In this document: positions 47,251 through 57,782 of the stretch, one piece after another
Layout: every line of letters begins with the position of its first letter
How positions within the stretch are numbered: position 1 is the first letter of the stretch
Assembly: GCA_048882485.1 (NCBI GenBank)
Contig: JBHLRP010000001.1
Location: 160,001-224,000 of the forward strand
Length of the DNA stretch: 64,000 nt
Source: Candidatus Thorarchaeota archaeon
Lineage (GTDB): Archaea; Asgardarchaeota; Thorarchaeia; Thorarchaeales; Thorarchaeaceae
Reading direction: 5' to 3'
Translations under genes and position numbers: made by a program
Notes under the pieces: generated by a model
What the model saw: the letters and a program-made list of their open reading frames with translations, nothing else
What the model was told of the DNA's origin: nothing
The model's database searches: none

Positions 47251-49065
47251 TTATATTTCAGGTTCAGGTTCTGCGATTTTGAGCCAGCTGAAACCATACT
47301 CGCCTTCATAAGAAATCTCTGAATCATCGCCAGGAGTTATTATAAGCATAACAGAGTATTTGTCCACCACCTCTGGATCTGCATTCGCTAGGCTGAATTT
47401 CCCACCAATCAGCGCTACCTTGTGGCCTGTCTTCAAGTTTGCAAGCTCAGGATGTTTCATGATATCTATCCCGATTCTGACCTGAAGCTGCTCATTCCTA
47501 ACAACAAGTGTTGTATTGTCGCTTATTGTTTCCACTGATAAGACATCCATCCAACTGCAAACTTCATCGGGCAGCTCCTCCAAATCTACTGGCTCTTTTG
47601 TAGTCATATCTTCAATGGGCGGCAAATTGCCTTGAATCTCGTTCAGAATCGGAGTTATTTTTGATGTGTCCCAGCCCTTCTTCACAAACATCTTGAGCGC
47701 ATGCTCGGCAATCTTCTCCAAAGCTGGCTTGAATCTATCGTGCGATGAGGATGAGATCTTATAGAGCATAAGGAAGGATGCAAGAGCCCCTTCTTCCTTG
47801 CCATAAGCCACACCGACCTTATATGAAGTCACGACCAATTGCCAAGCATTATCGTGCTCATCAAATTGAATTGCATGTTTTGCGATATCACTCAACAAGG
47901 CAAGAGTTGCAGATGGATATTGGAGCTTGCTCTTTGTGAGAGAGAAGCCACCCATGAACTCTCTCAAGACCTGCATGATGACGTATAGGCCTTCTGAGGT
48001 CTCAATCATATCCTCGAGTCCCACCCTTCGAATCATTGAGTCGTAAAGGGAGTAATAGTAGTCAATCTCTTCGTAGTCCTCACGGATCATTGCTAGAACA
48101 ATGCGAACAAAGAACACGCTTGCTTTGAGTTCATCATTGGACACCCCAGCGAACATTAGGAGCCTGAATGCCTCATCGGAGATGACCAATGCCTCTTCAA
48201 TGCCCTCCCTGGTTCCACGATAAAGGTGACAAATCATTTCCAAGTAATAGAGAAACAGCGTCAAGTCCGATGCATGTTGAACAAGCTTCGAATGAGTGTC
48301 TGAATCGTTGGTGAGTGTGGAAACTATGAGTAGTCGTTCAATCTCGTTTTGAATGGCTTCGATCTCAAGGGCTAGTGTGTTATACTTGCCATTTCTGAAG
48401 TCCTCAAACATCGTGGGAATTCCTGCTTTGATGTCTTCGAGGAAATCAAGAATAAAGAGCGGCTGTCCCCTTGAAAGCTGCCTATCCAACCCTTCTGCAG
48501 GTGCCTTGACTGCCCTAAGTACTCGGAGCGCATGTTCCTCTATGAGTCTAATTCTTGTGACGGGATCATAGGCCTCTTGGCGCGAGATACTATATCTCAC
48601 TTCCTCGCCATAGATTCTCTCACGCAGCACTGATAGCTTATTCTTTAGTCCCTCATCATCAATGGATTCCATGAGCTCAAGAACAAACGCCGAACCAACT
48701 ATTCCTTCCACGTCCACCTGGATGTCTTGAATGGTATTGAGTAGCTTCAGGTCACTAGTGACAATCTTAGACTTCTTGACCCTCATTGCCCCAAGAATGA
48801 GGGACATGTCATTGTGCTGAGGAAGAGAACTCTCAGGCTTATTGATACTCTCCATCAGTTCCTTGATGTCCTTTGTGAGGGTTTCATCAATCTGGACTAC
48901 TTGCTCTGCCTCCCTTCTCAGGTACCATCTGAGTTCCTGAAAAACCTGGCGAGTGACCCAGAGTTCCATTCCTGCCCTTTTGGCTGCCTCCTTCACTATG
49001 AAGACATCTTTCGGTCGGTTGCTGAAACCGCTGATGAAGAAGTTTGCATCTAGATATACGCGCAT
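47251..49065 (-). CDS. PIN-domain protein with long helical region
   Basis: N-terminal VYLDANFFI, VFQEL, NDMSLI and IVTSDLKL give the four acidic PIN residues; followed by a helical-repeat-like region and a beta-rich C-terminus. Confidence 0.75.
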   Translation of the reverse strand: MRVYLDANFFISGFSNRPKDVFIVKEAAKRAGMELWVTRQVFQELRWYLRREAEQVVQIDETLTKDIKELMESINKPESSLPQHNDMSLILGAMRVKKSKIVTSDLKLLNTIQDIQVDVEGIVGSAFVLELMESIDDEGLKNKLSVLRERIYGEEVRYSISRQEAYDPVTRIRLIEEHALRVLRAVKAPAEGLDRQLSRGQPLFILDFLEDIKAGIPTMFEDFRNGKYNTLALEIEAIQNEIERLLIVSTLTNDSDTHSKLVQHASDLTLFLYYLEMICHLYRGTREGIEEALVISDEAFRLLMFAGVSNDELKASVFFVRIVLAMIREDYEEIDYYYSLYDSMIRRVGLEDMIETSEGLYVIMQVLREFMGGFSLTKSKLQYPSATLALLSDIAKHAIQFDEHDNAWQLVVTSYKVGVAYGKEEGALASFLMLYKISSSSHDRFKPALEKIAEHALKMFVKKGWDTSKITPILNEIQGNLPPIEDMTTKEPVDLEELPDEVCSWMDVLSVETISDNTTLVVRNEQLQVRIGIDIMKHPELANLKTGHKVALIGGKFSLANADPEVVDKYSVMLIITPGDDSEISYEGEYGFSWLKIAEPEPEI

Positions 49066-49298
49066 CTAATCTGACTCCATGACTTGCCATCCCAAGTGGG
49101 GGTGGAGACTCCCTCGACTGCGAATGCTTGTCGTCTGGATTGAATTTCGACCTACATTAAGGTCTTTCGCTGGGGATGTAACTTGGATAAGCAGTAAGGA
49201 GCACGGAAAAACGTTTTGCTCCATTCCCTGCTTCCTTTTAATTCACTCACATTGCCCTGAAACGATTTGGTGAGAAATGTTTCCTGAAGATGTTCAAC

Positions 49299-49592
49299 TT
49301 AGATTTCAATATCTTCGATTCCATTATCTAATGCGTAGTTTAGTGCTTCAGCTTCGGTTTCGAATCGTCTGACGATATCAAATTCGTAATATGAGGTGTC
49401 TCCATCCCTCGACAGCTCCATTATTGGTCCTGCAAACTGTCCTGGATCACGATATACTCTGACCAAACAAATGAATTTGGTTTTAACCGCCTCCGCGCAT
49501 GCATCACATCTGTTGGGCCCTCGTGCACAATGCGGCGGCGAGATGACTCTAATCATCTCCTCATATGGCCTTTCGTTTTCTGAGAAGTCCAT
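49299..49592 (-). CDS. Small hypothetical Cys-containing protein
   Basis: 97-aa ORF with normal composition and HC.....CDAC...C motif. Confidence 0.6.
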   Translation of the reverse strand: MDFSENERPYEEMIRVISPPHCARGPNRCDACAEAVKTKFICLVRVYRDPGQFAGPIMELSRDGDTSYYEFDIVRRFETEAEALNYALDNGIEDIEI

Positions 49593-49641
49593 ACTTTAAG
49601 CAATACATTTTGTGCTTTGAGTCTATCTTGCTCAGACTCAT

Positions 49642-50817
49642 TCATCCTCTTACAAGTCCTAGCACCTTGCTTTTGAGTCCCAAGGAAACTTTTGATGCAT
49701 AGATGTCGCTTTGCCCTCTTCTCGCGTGCTTGACCTTTAGATGGTAGCCTAGTTCCTCGATAGACTCCCGAACCTTTCCAAATCCGCTAATCCATGTTTC
49801 GCACTTCATTCCAAGTGCCTTTAATACTTAAAAGCCATAGACAGTCATCCACAGTGGTCTTAAACTTATTCGGTCCCCCCGAATGTAGAGGACTGTTTTC
49901 TGAATCTCTTCCTCTCGCCTCCTTAGTATGAGCGGAATGAGAACCGAGGCAGGAGTAGCTGCTAATCTATCAACTTCCAGAAAAAGCGTAGAGCCACCGT
50001 TTTTGAGTGGCTTCTCAATCAACCTGTTGAGTCCCATATAGATGGAATGTCGCTCTTCCTCAATAGTCATCTCCTCCTTTGGAGTGAGCATCGCTATATT
50101 CGCCGGATTGCCATCATACGCAGCCAGTTCCCCCATACCGATTGCTTCAATCAACTCATTTGCCAAAGCATAATGATTCTTCTGATCAGTGGCATTTGAG
50201 GCTTTAATAACAAGTCTTCTAACTCCATCTCGCCCTAGAGTTTCAAGTACGCGTTCGAACCTTGGGGGCTTAGGATTTCTGATATATGCCCAATGTGGTA
50301 TTCCTCTGCTTCTATGGAAATTGAGAACAGCGATAATCATTCCTTCGAGGAAAATCTTCTTCTCCGGAATCAATGGTGCATGTTCATGATGGTCATACAG
50401 ACCTGGCAGCATCAGCCGCTCCAAATTCAAACAGAAATGTAATGGTAAGGTGTCAAGGTCATCGAGCGGATTTCCGGAGAGATTTAACTGTTCCAGTTTC
50501 CTGCAATGCAGGAGCGGGTATAAATCAATGGATGAAAGGTCATTGCGGCTGAGGTCCAAATACCTTAGATGCCTGCAATTGGACAGTGGTTGAAGATTAA
50601 TCGTCTTTAATCTGTTCTCACACAGAACAATGAAATTTAGGTTCTTGAGTTCTGCCGCTTGGCTGAGGTCTATTCTCTCAGTTCGTCTGTGATGGAGAAT
50701 AATCCTATCAGAGTCTTTCCTAAGAATCAGACTTCTCTCGTCGTTCCAGTCATCTGAATATCGCAATTCAACACGTGAATCAGACACCCTCTTGCACTCC
50801 CCATAGTGAACCCGCAT
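49642..50817 (-). pseudogene. Leucine-rich repeat gene interrupted by an in-frame TAA
   Basis: LRRs (LRYLDLSRNDL, LEQLNLSGNPL). After the TAA at 49828-49830 the same frame continues for 61 codons (VLKALGMKCE...IEELGYHLKV...) to TGA at 49642-49644, matching the tail of the paralogue at 17656. Confidence 0.75.
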
Positions 50818-51229
50818 GCTCCTTCAAGCATGGTTCATCCTCTTAGTTGTACAATACGAACTCTTTTGAACACCACTTAACTCGATGTGCGATGGCATCA
50901 TATTCGATGGTGAAGCTGATATGCGGCTGATCAAGCATAATGAGGATATATTGGTGCAGGTGGTTCTCCGTCAGATAAGCACGTAATGATGGCGCCAAAT
51001 CAAATCTAGGTCTTGTTCACCTTCCATTCGCTAACGAAAAATAGGGAAGTATTATATCAGCGATAAACCTGTTTTTGCAAGTTCGCTGGGCGGCCGAGAA
51101 TGGAGAGAGAGGTCGCAGGCACACGCCAGCATTATTGGTTGTAAGATTCGCTGGGGATGCCACCACGGCCTTTGCGTGCTAGACCCTTGTTCCTGATGTC
51201 GGACGTCTTGAGAGGAGGCATACGCACAC

Positions 51230-54200
51230 ATGAGCCGGAAACTAATGAAAGTCCGACTGCTATCTCTAGTTTTCATGACAATGATGCTTGTTGGGTATAT
51301 CCCACAGGCTGCTTGGGCTGGACAGGTTTTGAAACAGGAAGAGCCCCTGTTTGAAGATCCGTTGGCCAAGTATGATATTGAGCCTGTGTATATCATCTAT
51401 GACCCTTCACACGATTTAATGAAGGCCATATCTGAAGATGTGCATGAGGTTCTTGATTTTAGGCTTGAGCAAATCCGAATGATACCAATCACGGACTGGA
51501 GAAGCCTTGAGAACACTCTGATGGACGAACCTTGGATTGCCATTTACGCTTTGCAGTCACATCTTGAGGGTGTTCAATTCGCCGAAATGAATGTGACGTG
51601 GGCTCAATTCTATGAGCTGTTATCGAAGCATCCAATGACGCAGCATATTGTAGGTATGGGGAATACGCGGTCATTGGAACCGCTCATCCCAGAGTCTAAC
51701 TCAAACATCCGAACCAGCGAAGCGGAGCAAATTGATGGTTTGCTCCTAGCTTTCTTTGACATGTGGACATTGCATGAAGCTATTTCCACCAAATCTCATG
51801 TTAGCAGCGATTATGAGAATGCAGCTGGAGACCTTCGAACCATAGCACTGAAAATCTATGGCGACAATTTCAATGCGTTCTTTAAGCGGAGCATAGAGCC
51901 AATAAATCCCATTGGTGAGATAGATACCGATGATCTGAACCGGCGAACAGAGGAGATGTGGGCCAGACATGCACCAACCATTGAGCCCGCATTCTATCAT
52001 ATGGATGAGGATGGGAAGTTAATTGAGCTGCCTGAGGATGAGCTTCCCGAAGACTTCTCCCCTGCGATTAAGATTAGTACCGCTGAGGAGGTTGCATCTA
52101 GTGATTATATTCTGGGTGAGATTCCGCTTCTCTCTGCCCTCAGAGGACCCATTGGAGAGATTATTGATGTTCTGCTAAGCGTGCTTGGAGATTCCGGTTC
52201 AACGGTCATCTCCATCCCAACTGATCTCATCGAAACCATAAAGGAACTCTTCGAAGTTCTGGAACCAATTATCGGAATTGTGAAAGACTTCGACCTAGAG
52301 TCTCCCTTGAAATCAATTGTGCAGGCCATCGCTAGTGAGTTCCCATTTCTAGCTGAATTCAAAGATTATCTGAATATCATTTTGAAAGCTCTGTTCAATT
52401 TCAGAGGCGATATAGAGAGTATCCTTGGAATTGTCGGAGAACTAGTCACAGCGCTTCTACCAGACTCAGTTCCTGACATCGTAAAGGACTTCATTGGACA
52501 GATTCTTGGCACCGAGAATGGTCTTTGGGACCTGATCAGCAATGTCGTTTCGGAGGGCAAGGGTGTATTCGATACAATCTTCAGCTTCTTCACGAAGAAC
52601 ACTCTCCAAGCATTCCTCAATAAGACCCTTGCCGCCACGCTAGGAATGACCTCTGGACAGGTTTCCACACTACTTCCGCGAATCATCAGCTTCGTGGAAG
52701 GGACAATCGACTTTTTGACTACCAAAGACTTTGTGAAATTCATCGAGTCCATTGGCACTGACCTGCTGGGCTCAATCCTCTCAGTGACTGGCTTGGATGA
52801 TGCCGTGGATAAGGTGATGTCCATAGTCAAAATGGGCATGTCCGCTTTCGATTTATTGGATGAGTTCGACACGACCTCATTCCTGCAATTTGGTATGGAT
52901 ATGTTAAATGAGATAATTGGGCCTTCTAATATCCCTGATGGGGCTGAAGACCTTGCTCAACAGATCATGGGTGTAGTCAAGTCATTTCAGGAAGGCTCTT
53001 TCAGTGACATAAATGGTTTCAAATCACAGATATCAAGCATCCTTAATTCAGAAACTAGTGGTGTCACTCAAGCCATTAAAGATGTCATAACTGACACAAT
53101 GGCTATGCTGACAGGCTTCTTTAATGAGGGCTTCGACAAGAATCAGCTACCTGATCTCTTTGATATTGCCGCAGACCTGATTAATGAGGTCATAGGAGGA
53201 GGAGACGCTGCTCAAGTCATTGATGCGCTCAACAATGCTGTAAAGCCACTCATGGGCCTAATTGCCATCGTATCTGACAGTGATGCTTTGAAGAACATGG
53301 TAAGCAAGACAGTCAGTAATTTCGTATCCGAGCTCAGCGATGCTCCCACGATGATAAAGAACGTCCTCTCATATCTGGATGTGGAGAACATCATTAGTGG
53401 CTTGCCTGGTTCGGATGATGTGCTGGATACTGCTGGACAAATAGTCGGCGGTATCATCACCATGATTCAGAGTATCAAGGGGCAATCATTCCAGGGCATC
53501 ATGCAAGCCGTTCTGATGGCCGCTGGCTCGTTGGTTGGGTCACTGCCCGCCCTTGATGATGTTCCAATAGATGCTTTCCTGAAACTTCTGCAGTCATTCT
53601 TCCCAGATGCCTTCGGTTTCAGCAAGGACGACCTACCAAGTACGAACGAGATCATTGGTGACATAATGGATTATGCTGAAGGACTCCTCGGACCAGGCTT
53701 TGACGAGTCCATGCTTCAGGACACCCTTGAATTCTTCATGGACATCAAGGACATATTCACCAATGGTGTAAAGTGGCTGCTGGGGAAGGTGTTCGACTGG
53801 TTGAGTGGATTGATCAACCCCGTCCTAGAGGACATTGAGAACACAATCGAGGGATTGTTTGCAGGCCTCGATGACCTCTTAGGATTCTCAGGTAGCTTCC
53901 CGATAGGTCTTGGTGACTGGTCACTGTTCACCCTGGAATACTCTCTCGGGATTCGGGCGAACTTCGCCATCGACCTGAACCCCATCTTCGACATGATTGT
54001 GAGCATGATCTTCGATGCTCGCGAGGTCTTCTCCACGGACAATATTGGAGACTTCTTCAAGACCATATTCAGCTTCTTTGAGATCTCGCCACAGTTCTAT
54101 GCTGAGCTCGGCATTGGAGGTTTCGACACTGAGAAGAATCAGCTCATGAAGACCATGCTCACCACTCTCGGGCTGAAACTCTCCTTTGAGGGATCAGCCA

Positions 54201-57200
54201 AATTCGTCGTGAACCTCTTCACCTTCAGAGGTGGGATGTTTGAGTGGGACAACTTCTTCAAGATTATTGAATGGGGTCTTCACATTAAGATACACATCGG
54301 CAAGGTCTTCACACTCCTAGACTTCCTCACAGCAGGCGTAGGAGGCGGCGCTCTCAACGCAATTGCGGAGTTTCTGGGACTTGACTCCATAACAGTCGAG
54401 GTCTACTTTGAGATAGCTATCGACATTGTGAAGAAGGCAGCCACGGCTGTTGCTGCCGAGGTCTCTAGCATGACGCTCACCATCACATTCGGGGTGGCCA
54501 TACATATACCAATAGAACTGATCATCGTGGCCATCATCATAGATGGGTCGCTGGAGATCATATTGACGTTCTTCCAGGACTTCGCAGATCCGGCTCCAAT
54601 GAAGATCACATTGCGGCTGATTTTCACGCTCAAGGTGAAGTTCCGATTCCTGATGTTCGATGACTCTTCCACCTTCACTTGGGAGCCTGGCGGTCCATGG
54701 GACCTGTCACCACACCAGGGAGATACGGAATATAACACATCGGGAGTGGGATTTGACCAGGACGGGGATGGCTTAGGCGACTCGTTCGAGGACGAGACAC
54801 CCGGCCTGGACAAGACGAAGGCCGACACCGACAATGATGGAGCAAATGATAAACTCGAGTTCCAGACAATGGGAACGGACCATGCAAATCCTGATTCGGA
54901 TGGGGACGGGCTGTTGGACGGCGAGGAATGGGACCTCGGTACCAATCCGATGCGCGAAGACACTGATTGGGACGACGTGGACGATTACAAGGAAGTCAAG
55001 GTCTACAAGACCAATCCTCTCGAGCAGGACTCAGATGGAGACGGCTTAACAGATGCGTATGAGATCTACACGAAACTCGACATCTCTAATGTCACTCCGA
55101 CTGTCACTGAGGTCGTCATCGGTGGTCAGTCTTTCAATGATCGCACAGATCCTCTGAATCCCGATACAGATGGAGACGGTTTGCTCGACGGCGATGAAGG
55201 ACCAATGGGCGCCTACTATGGAGACCCCTCCCTCTACAATGATACAGAGGACACAAGCTCATCTACTGGGTGGGCAATGGACCCGAACCCACTCATTTTC
55301 AACGGTGGTTTCACTCATCCTCTCGACGCAGACACCGACGACGACTCTGCACTGCAGCTCTACAACGGAGTTGTTGACTCTCAGGCCTACCTGTTCCTAA
55401 AGGACATGAATGACGGAGCGGAGGTTGCAGGATTCACGATAATCATCTATGATGAGGAAGGGGAGCCGGAGAACAAGCATGTCTTCACGAACCCGTGTAA
55501 TCCGGACACTGATGGAGACACAGGCATCACAGACCGTACTCCGCTACCCGGAATGTGGATCAACAGTGATGGCTACGAACTTGCTCAGACTCCGCCCACG
55601 GACCCAACTGATGGAGACTCCGACGATGATGGGCTATTAGATGGGCTAGAAGGTGTCCTGAACCCATACAGCAACCATACCAATCCAAACGATGCTGACA
55701 CCGACGACGATGGTCTGTTTGACCTCCAAGAGATTCTCCTAGGAGCTGATCCTCGAGAGCAAGACACCGACGGAGATATGATCTCTGATGGCGATGAGTT
55801 CTACAGGTTCTTCACCAATCCTAATGTCTGGGACAGTGATTTCGACGGGCTAGGAGACGGAGAGGAAGTCTACATATGGCACTCCAATCCGCTCATCGAT
55901 GACAGTGACGCAGACAAAATCTATGATGGCGACGAAGTGCTGATGTATGGCTCGGACCCCATGGATGAGGATTCGGACAACGACGGTCTCACAGATTATG
56001 AAGAGATCTTCATCTACGGAACTGATCCCTTTGATTATGATAGCGACGATGATCTCTTGAGCGACGGCGAAGAGATCGAGGTCTATAACTGCGACCCCTT
56101 GTCTTGGGATACTGATCACGACTCGATAACAGAACCTAACGAGTATGGGGAGATGACATTCCCACTCAATGACTACCAGGAGGCCCATGGATTCTACATC
56201 TACCGTTTGATGGAAAACGGCACCATGTACAGGGAGTGGGTCTACACCAATATCACGGAGAGCGACACTGACGAAGATGGTCTCTCAGATGCCATGGAGC
56301 TTTATCTCGCTTCAGACCTGATTCCGTGGTTGGACCCCATACCTCTGGACCCGACAAATGCAGACACAGACCACGACTTCATCCCAGATGGTACTGAGCT
56401 AGCCATAGTGAACGTTTCAGGGCTCATTTATCCGTATAGAGCAATGACAGTGTTCTATAGATACAATACTTCGCCAGTCTTACGTGATTCAGACAATGAT
56501 ACCTTGATAGATTATCAAGAAGTGCTGGTATTCAATACCAACCCGGCGAACAATGATACTGACAATGACACCATCGCGGACTGGTGGGAGGTCTGGGTCT
56601 ACAATACATCTGCAATCTATAACGACACAGATGGTGATGGGCTCTTTGATTTTGAAGAGACCTTGGTGGAGGTGTGGCCTTATGGACCATGGCCGCCAGC
56701 CAACTGGTCCACAGGACTGGGAACTGAAGGGGGCTTTGCCTTGGCAGAGGACACACCGTTTGGATTGGCTAAGGACTTGCCAGCAAGGTGGTTGCAGCCC
56801 GCGGCGCCTATCTATAGCACTTTGGCGACGGATCCAGACTGCGACGATGATTGGTTGCCTGACGGAGCCGAAGTCAATTTCTATCATACCGACCCATTAG
56901 ACGAGGACTCAGATGGGGACGGCACTCTGGACACGATGGAATTCGATACTGATTTTGATGGGCTTGAAGACGGGCTTGAATTCAAGCTCCAGCTGTATAA
57001 GACAGGAGGCGGAATATTCGATCAAGATTCAGATGGCGATGGAATCTCAGATGGCTCTGAATACTATCTCTATCACACTGATCCCGGCTCGATTGATTCC
57101 GATGGTGACGGCTATCCCGACGGGCTTGAGGTAGCCATTGGCACAAATCCTGGATCCAACACGACTATCTACGAATATGAGTATGCAATCTCTGCAGCTC

Positions 57201-57781
57201 GGGGAGAAGCATCGATGGACATCCTGATGCCATTGGCCGTTGTGAATAATGCTCAAACTGTTGACGTGAATGTCTTGAACTTTACCTCATTCAAGTCCAT
57301 GGAGTTCCGATATAACACAACCAGTGGGGGATGGAGTGACAACATAACAATGACCTATAATCCCGCAACCATGACATGGATCTACGCCAATATGCAGTGG
57401 GAGATTGGCGGCTACCGGATTCAGGTATTCGCAATGGACTACGAAGACAACCTTCACTCAGCAACTAGGGATTTCACCGTCGCTGCAGCACCAACCTATC
57501 CAGAGCCCATCAATCCGCTTGTCTATCTTGGAATAGGAGTAGGAGTAGGAATCTTCGTTATCCTGTTCCTCTTGTATGGATTACCGATGATTGTCAGGTA
57601 CATGCGCAAGAGGCGAGAAACGGACACAGGGGGCGTGCCTCCAGAGCTGGAGGCGCTCACGGCGGATAGTGCTGAAGAAGAACCCGAGAAGCCAAAGAAG
57701 AGTGCCTCCAAGACGAAAAGCAAGGGAACTTCAACGAAGAGAAAATCCAGCTCGAAGACGAGCAAAAAGGGAGGTGCATAG
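51230..57781 (+). CDS. Giant membrane-anchored protein with helical region, beta-rich region and TSP3-like Ca-binding repeats
   Basis: GGAGG upstream; signal peptide; about 26 DxDxD motifs, many in the context T(N/D)PxxxDxDxDGxxDGxE; C-terminal TM and Lys/Ser-rich tail. Confidence 0.85.
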   Translation: MSRKLMKVRLLSLVFMTMMLVGYIPQAAWAGQVLKQEEPLFEDPLAKYDIEPVYIIYDPSHDLMKAISEDVHEVLDFRLEQIRMIPITDWRSLENTLMDEPWIAIYALQSHLEGVQFAEMNVTWAQFYELLSKHPMTQHIVGMGNTRSLEPLIPESNSNIRTSEAEQIDGLLLAFFDMWTLHEAISTKSHVSSDYENAAGDLRTIALKIYGDNFNAFFKRSIEPINPIGEIDTDDLNRRTEEMWARHAPTIEPAFYHMDEDGKLIELPEDELPEDFSPAIKISTAEEVASSDYILGEIPLLSALRGPIGEIIDVLLSVLGDSGSTVISIPTDLIETIKELFEVLEPIIGIVKDFDLESPLKSIVQAIASEFPFLAEFKDYLNIILKALFNFRGDIESILGIVGELVTALLPDSVPDIVKDFIGQILGTENGLWDLISNVVSEGKGVFDTIFSFFTKNTLQAFLNKTLAATLGMTSGQVSTLLPRIISFVEGTIDFLTTKDFVKFIESIGTDLLGSILSVTGLDDAVDKVMSIVKMGMSAFDLLDEFDTTSFLQFGMDMLNEIIGPSNIPDGAEDLAQQIMGVVKSFQEGSFSDINGFKSQISSILNSETSGVTQAIKDVITDTMAMLTGFFNEGFDKNQLPDLFDIAADLINEVIGGGDAAQVIDALNNAVKPLMGLIAIVSDSDALKNMVSKTVSNFVSELSDAPTMIKNVLSYLDVENIISGLPGSDDVLDTAGQIVGGIITMIQSIKGQSFQGIMQAVLMAAGSLVGSLPALDDVPIDAFLKLLQSFFPDAFGFSKDDLPSTNEIIGDIMDYAEGLLGPGFDESMLQDTLEFFMDIKDIFTNGVKWLLGKVFDWLSGLINPVLEDIENTIEGLFAGLDDLLGFSGSFPIGLGDWSLFTLEYSLGIRANFAIDLNPIFDMIVSMIFDAREVFSTDNIGDFFKTIFSFFEISPQFYAELGIGGFDTEKNQLMKTMLTTLGLKLSFEGSAKFVVNLFTFRGGMFEWDNFFKIIEWGLHIKIHIGKVFTLLDFLTAGVGGGALNAIAEFLGLDSITVEVYFEIAIDIVKKAATAVAAEVSSMTLTITFGVAIHIPIELIIVAIIIDGSLEIILTFFQDFADPAPMKITLRLIFTLKVKFRFLMFDDSSTFTWEPGGPWDLSPHQGDTEYNTSGVGFDQDGDGLGDSFEDETPGLDKTKADTDNDGANDKLEFQTMGTDHANPDSDGDGLLDGEEWDLGTNPMREDTDWDDVDDYKEVKVYKTNPLEQDSDGDGLTDAYEIYTKLDISNVTPTVTEVVIGGQSFNDRTDPLNPDTDGDGLLDGDEGPMGAYYGDPSLYNDTEDTSSSTGWAMDPNPLIFNGGFTHPLDADTDDDSALQLYNGVVDSQAYLFLKDMNDGAEVAGFTIIIYDEEGEPENKHVFTNPCNPDTDGDTGITDRTPLPGMWINSDGYELAQTPPTDPTDGDSDDDGLLDGLEGVLNPYSNHTNPNDADTDDDGLFDLQEILLGADPREQDTDGDMISDGDEFYRFFTNPNVWDSDFDGLGDGEEVYIWHSNPLIDDSDADKIYDGDEVLMYGSDPMDEDSDNDGLTDYEEIFIYGTDPFDYDSDDDLLSDGEEIEVYNCDPLSWDTDHDSITEPNEYGEMTFPLNDYQEAHGFYIYRLMENGTMYREWVYTNITESDTDEDGLSDAMELYLASDLIPWLDPIPLDPTNADTDHDFIPDGTELAIVNVSGLIYPYRAMTVFYRYNTSPVLRDSDNDTLIDYQEVLVFNTNPANNDTDNDTIADWWEVWVYNTSAIYNDTDGDGLFDFEETLVEVWPYGPWPPANWSTGLGTEGGFALAEDTPFGLAKDLPARWLQPAAPIYSTLATDPDCDDDWLPDGAEVNFYHTDPLDEDSDGDGTLDTMEFDTDFDGLEDGLEFKLQLYKTGGGIFDQDSDGDGISDGSEYYLYHTDPGSIDSDGDGYPDGLEVAIGTNPGSNTTIYEYEYAISAARGEASMDILMPLAVVNNAQTVDVNVLNFTSFKSMEFRYNTTSGGWSDNITMTYNPATMTWIYANMQWEIGGYRIQVFAMDYEDNLHSATRDFTVAAAPTYPEPINPLVYLGIGVGVGIFVILFLLYGLPMIVRYMRKRRETDTGGVPPELEALTADSAEEEPEKPKKSASKTKSKGTSTKRKSSSKTSKKGGA
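54748..57135 (+). repeat. Coding array of TSP3-like Ca-binding repeats
   Basis: DQDGDG, DTDNDG, DSDGDG, DTDGDG, DSDDDG, DSDFDG, DSDNDG and similar motifs, often about 22 aa apart. Confidence 0.85.
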
Positions 57782-57782
57782 A

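Noticed and set aside
49828-49830. Selenocysteine or pyrrolysine readthrough in the LRR gene
   Set aside because: The codon is TAA rather than TGA or TAG, and the aligned residue in the paralogue is Asp.
54748-57135. Repeat region as a CRISPR array or DNA tandem repeat
   Set aside because: Repetition is at the protein level with degenerate codons; there are no identical DNA repeats with spacers.
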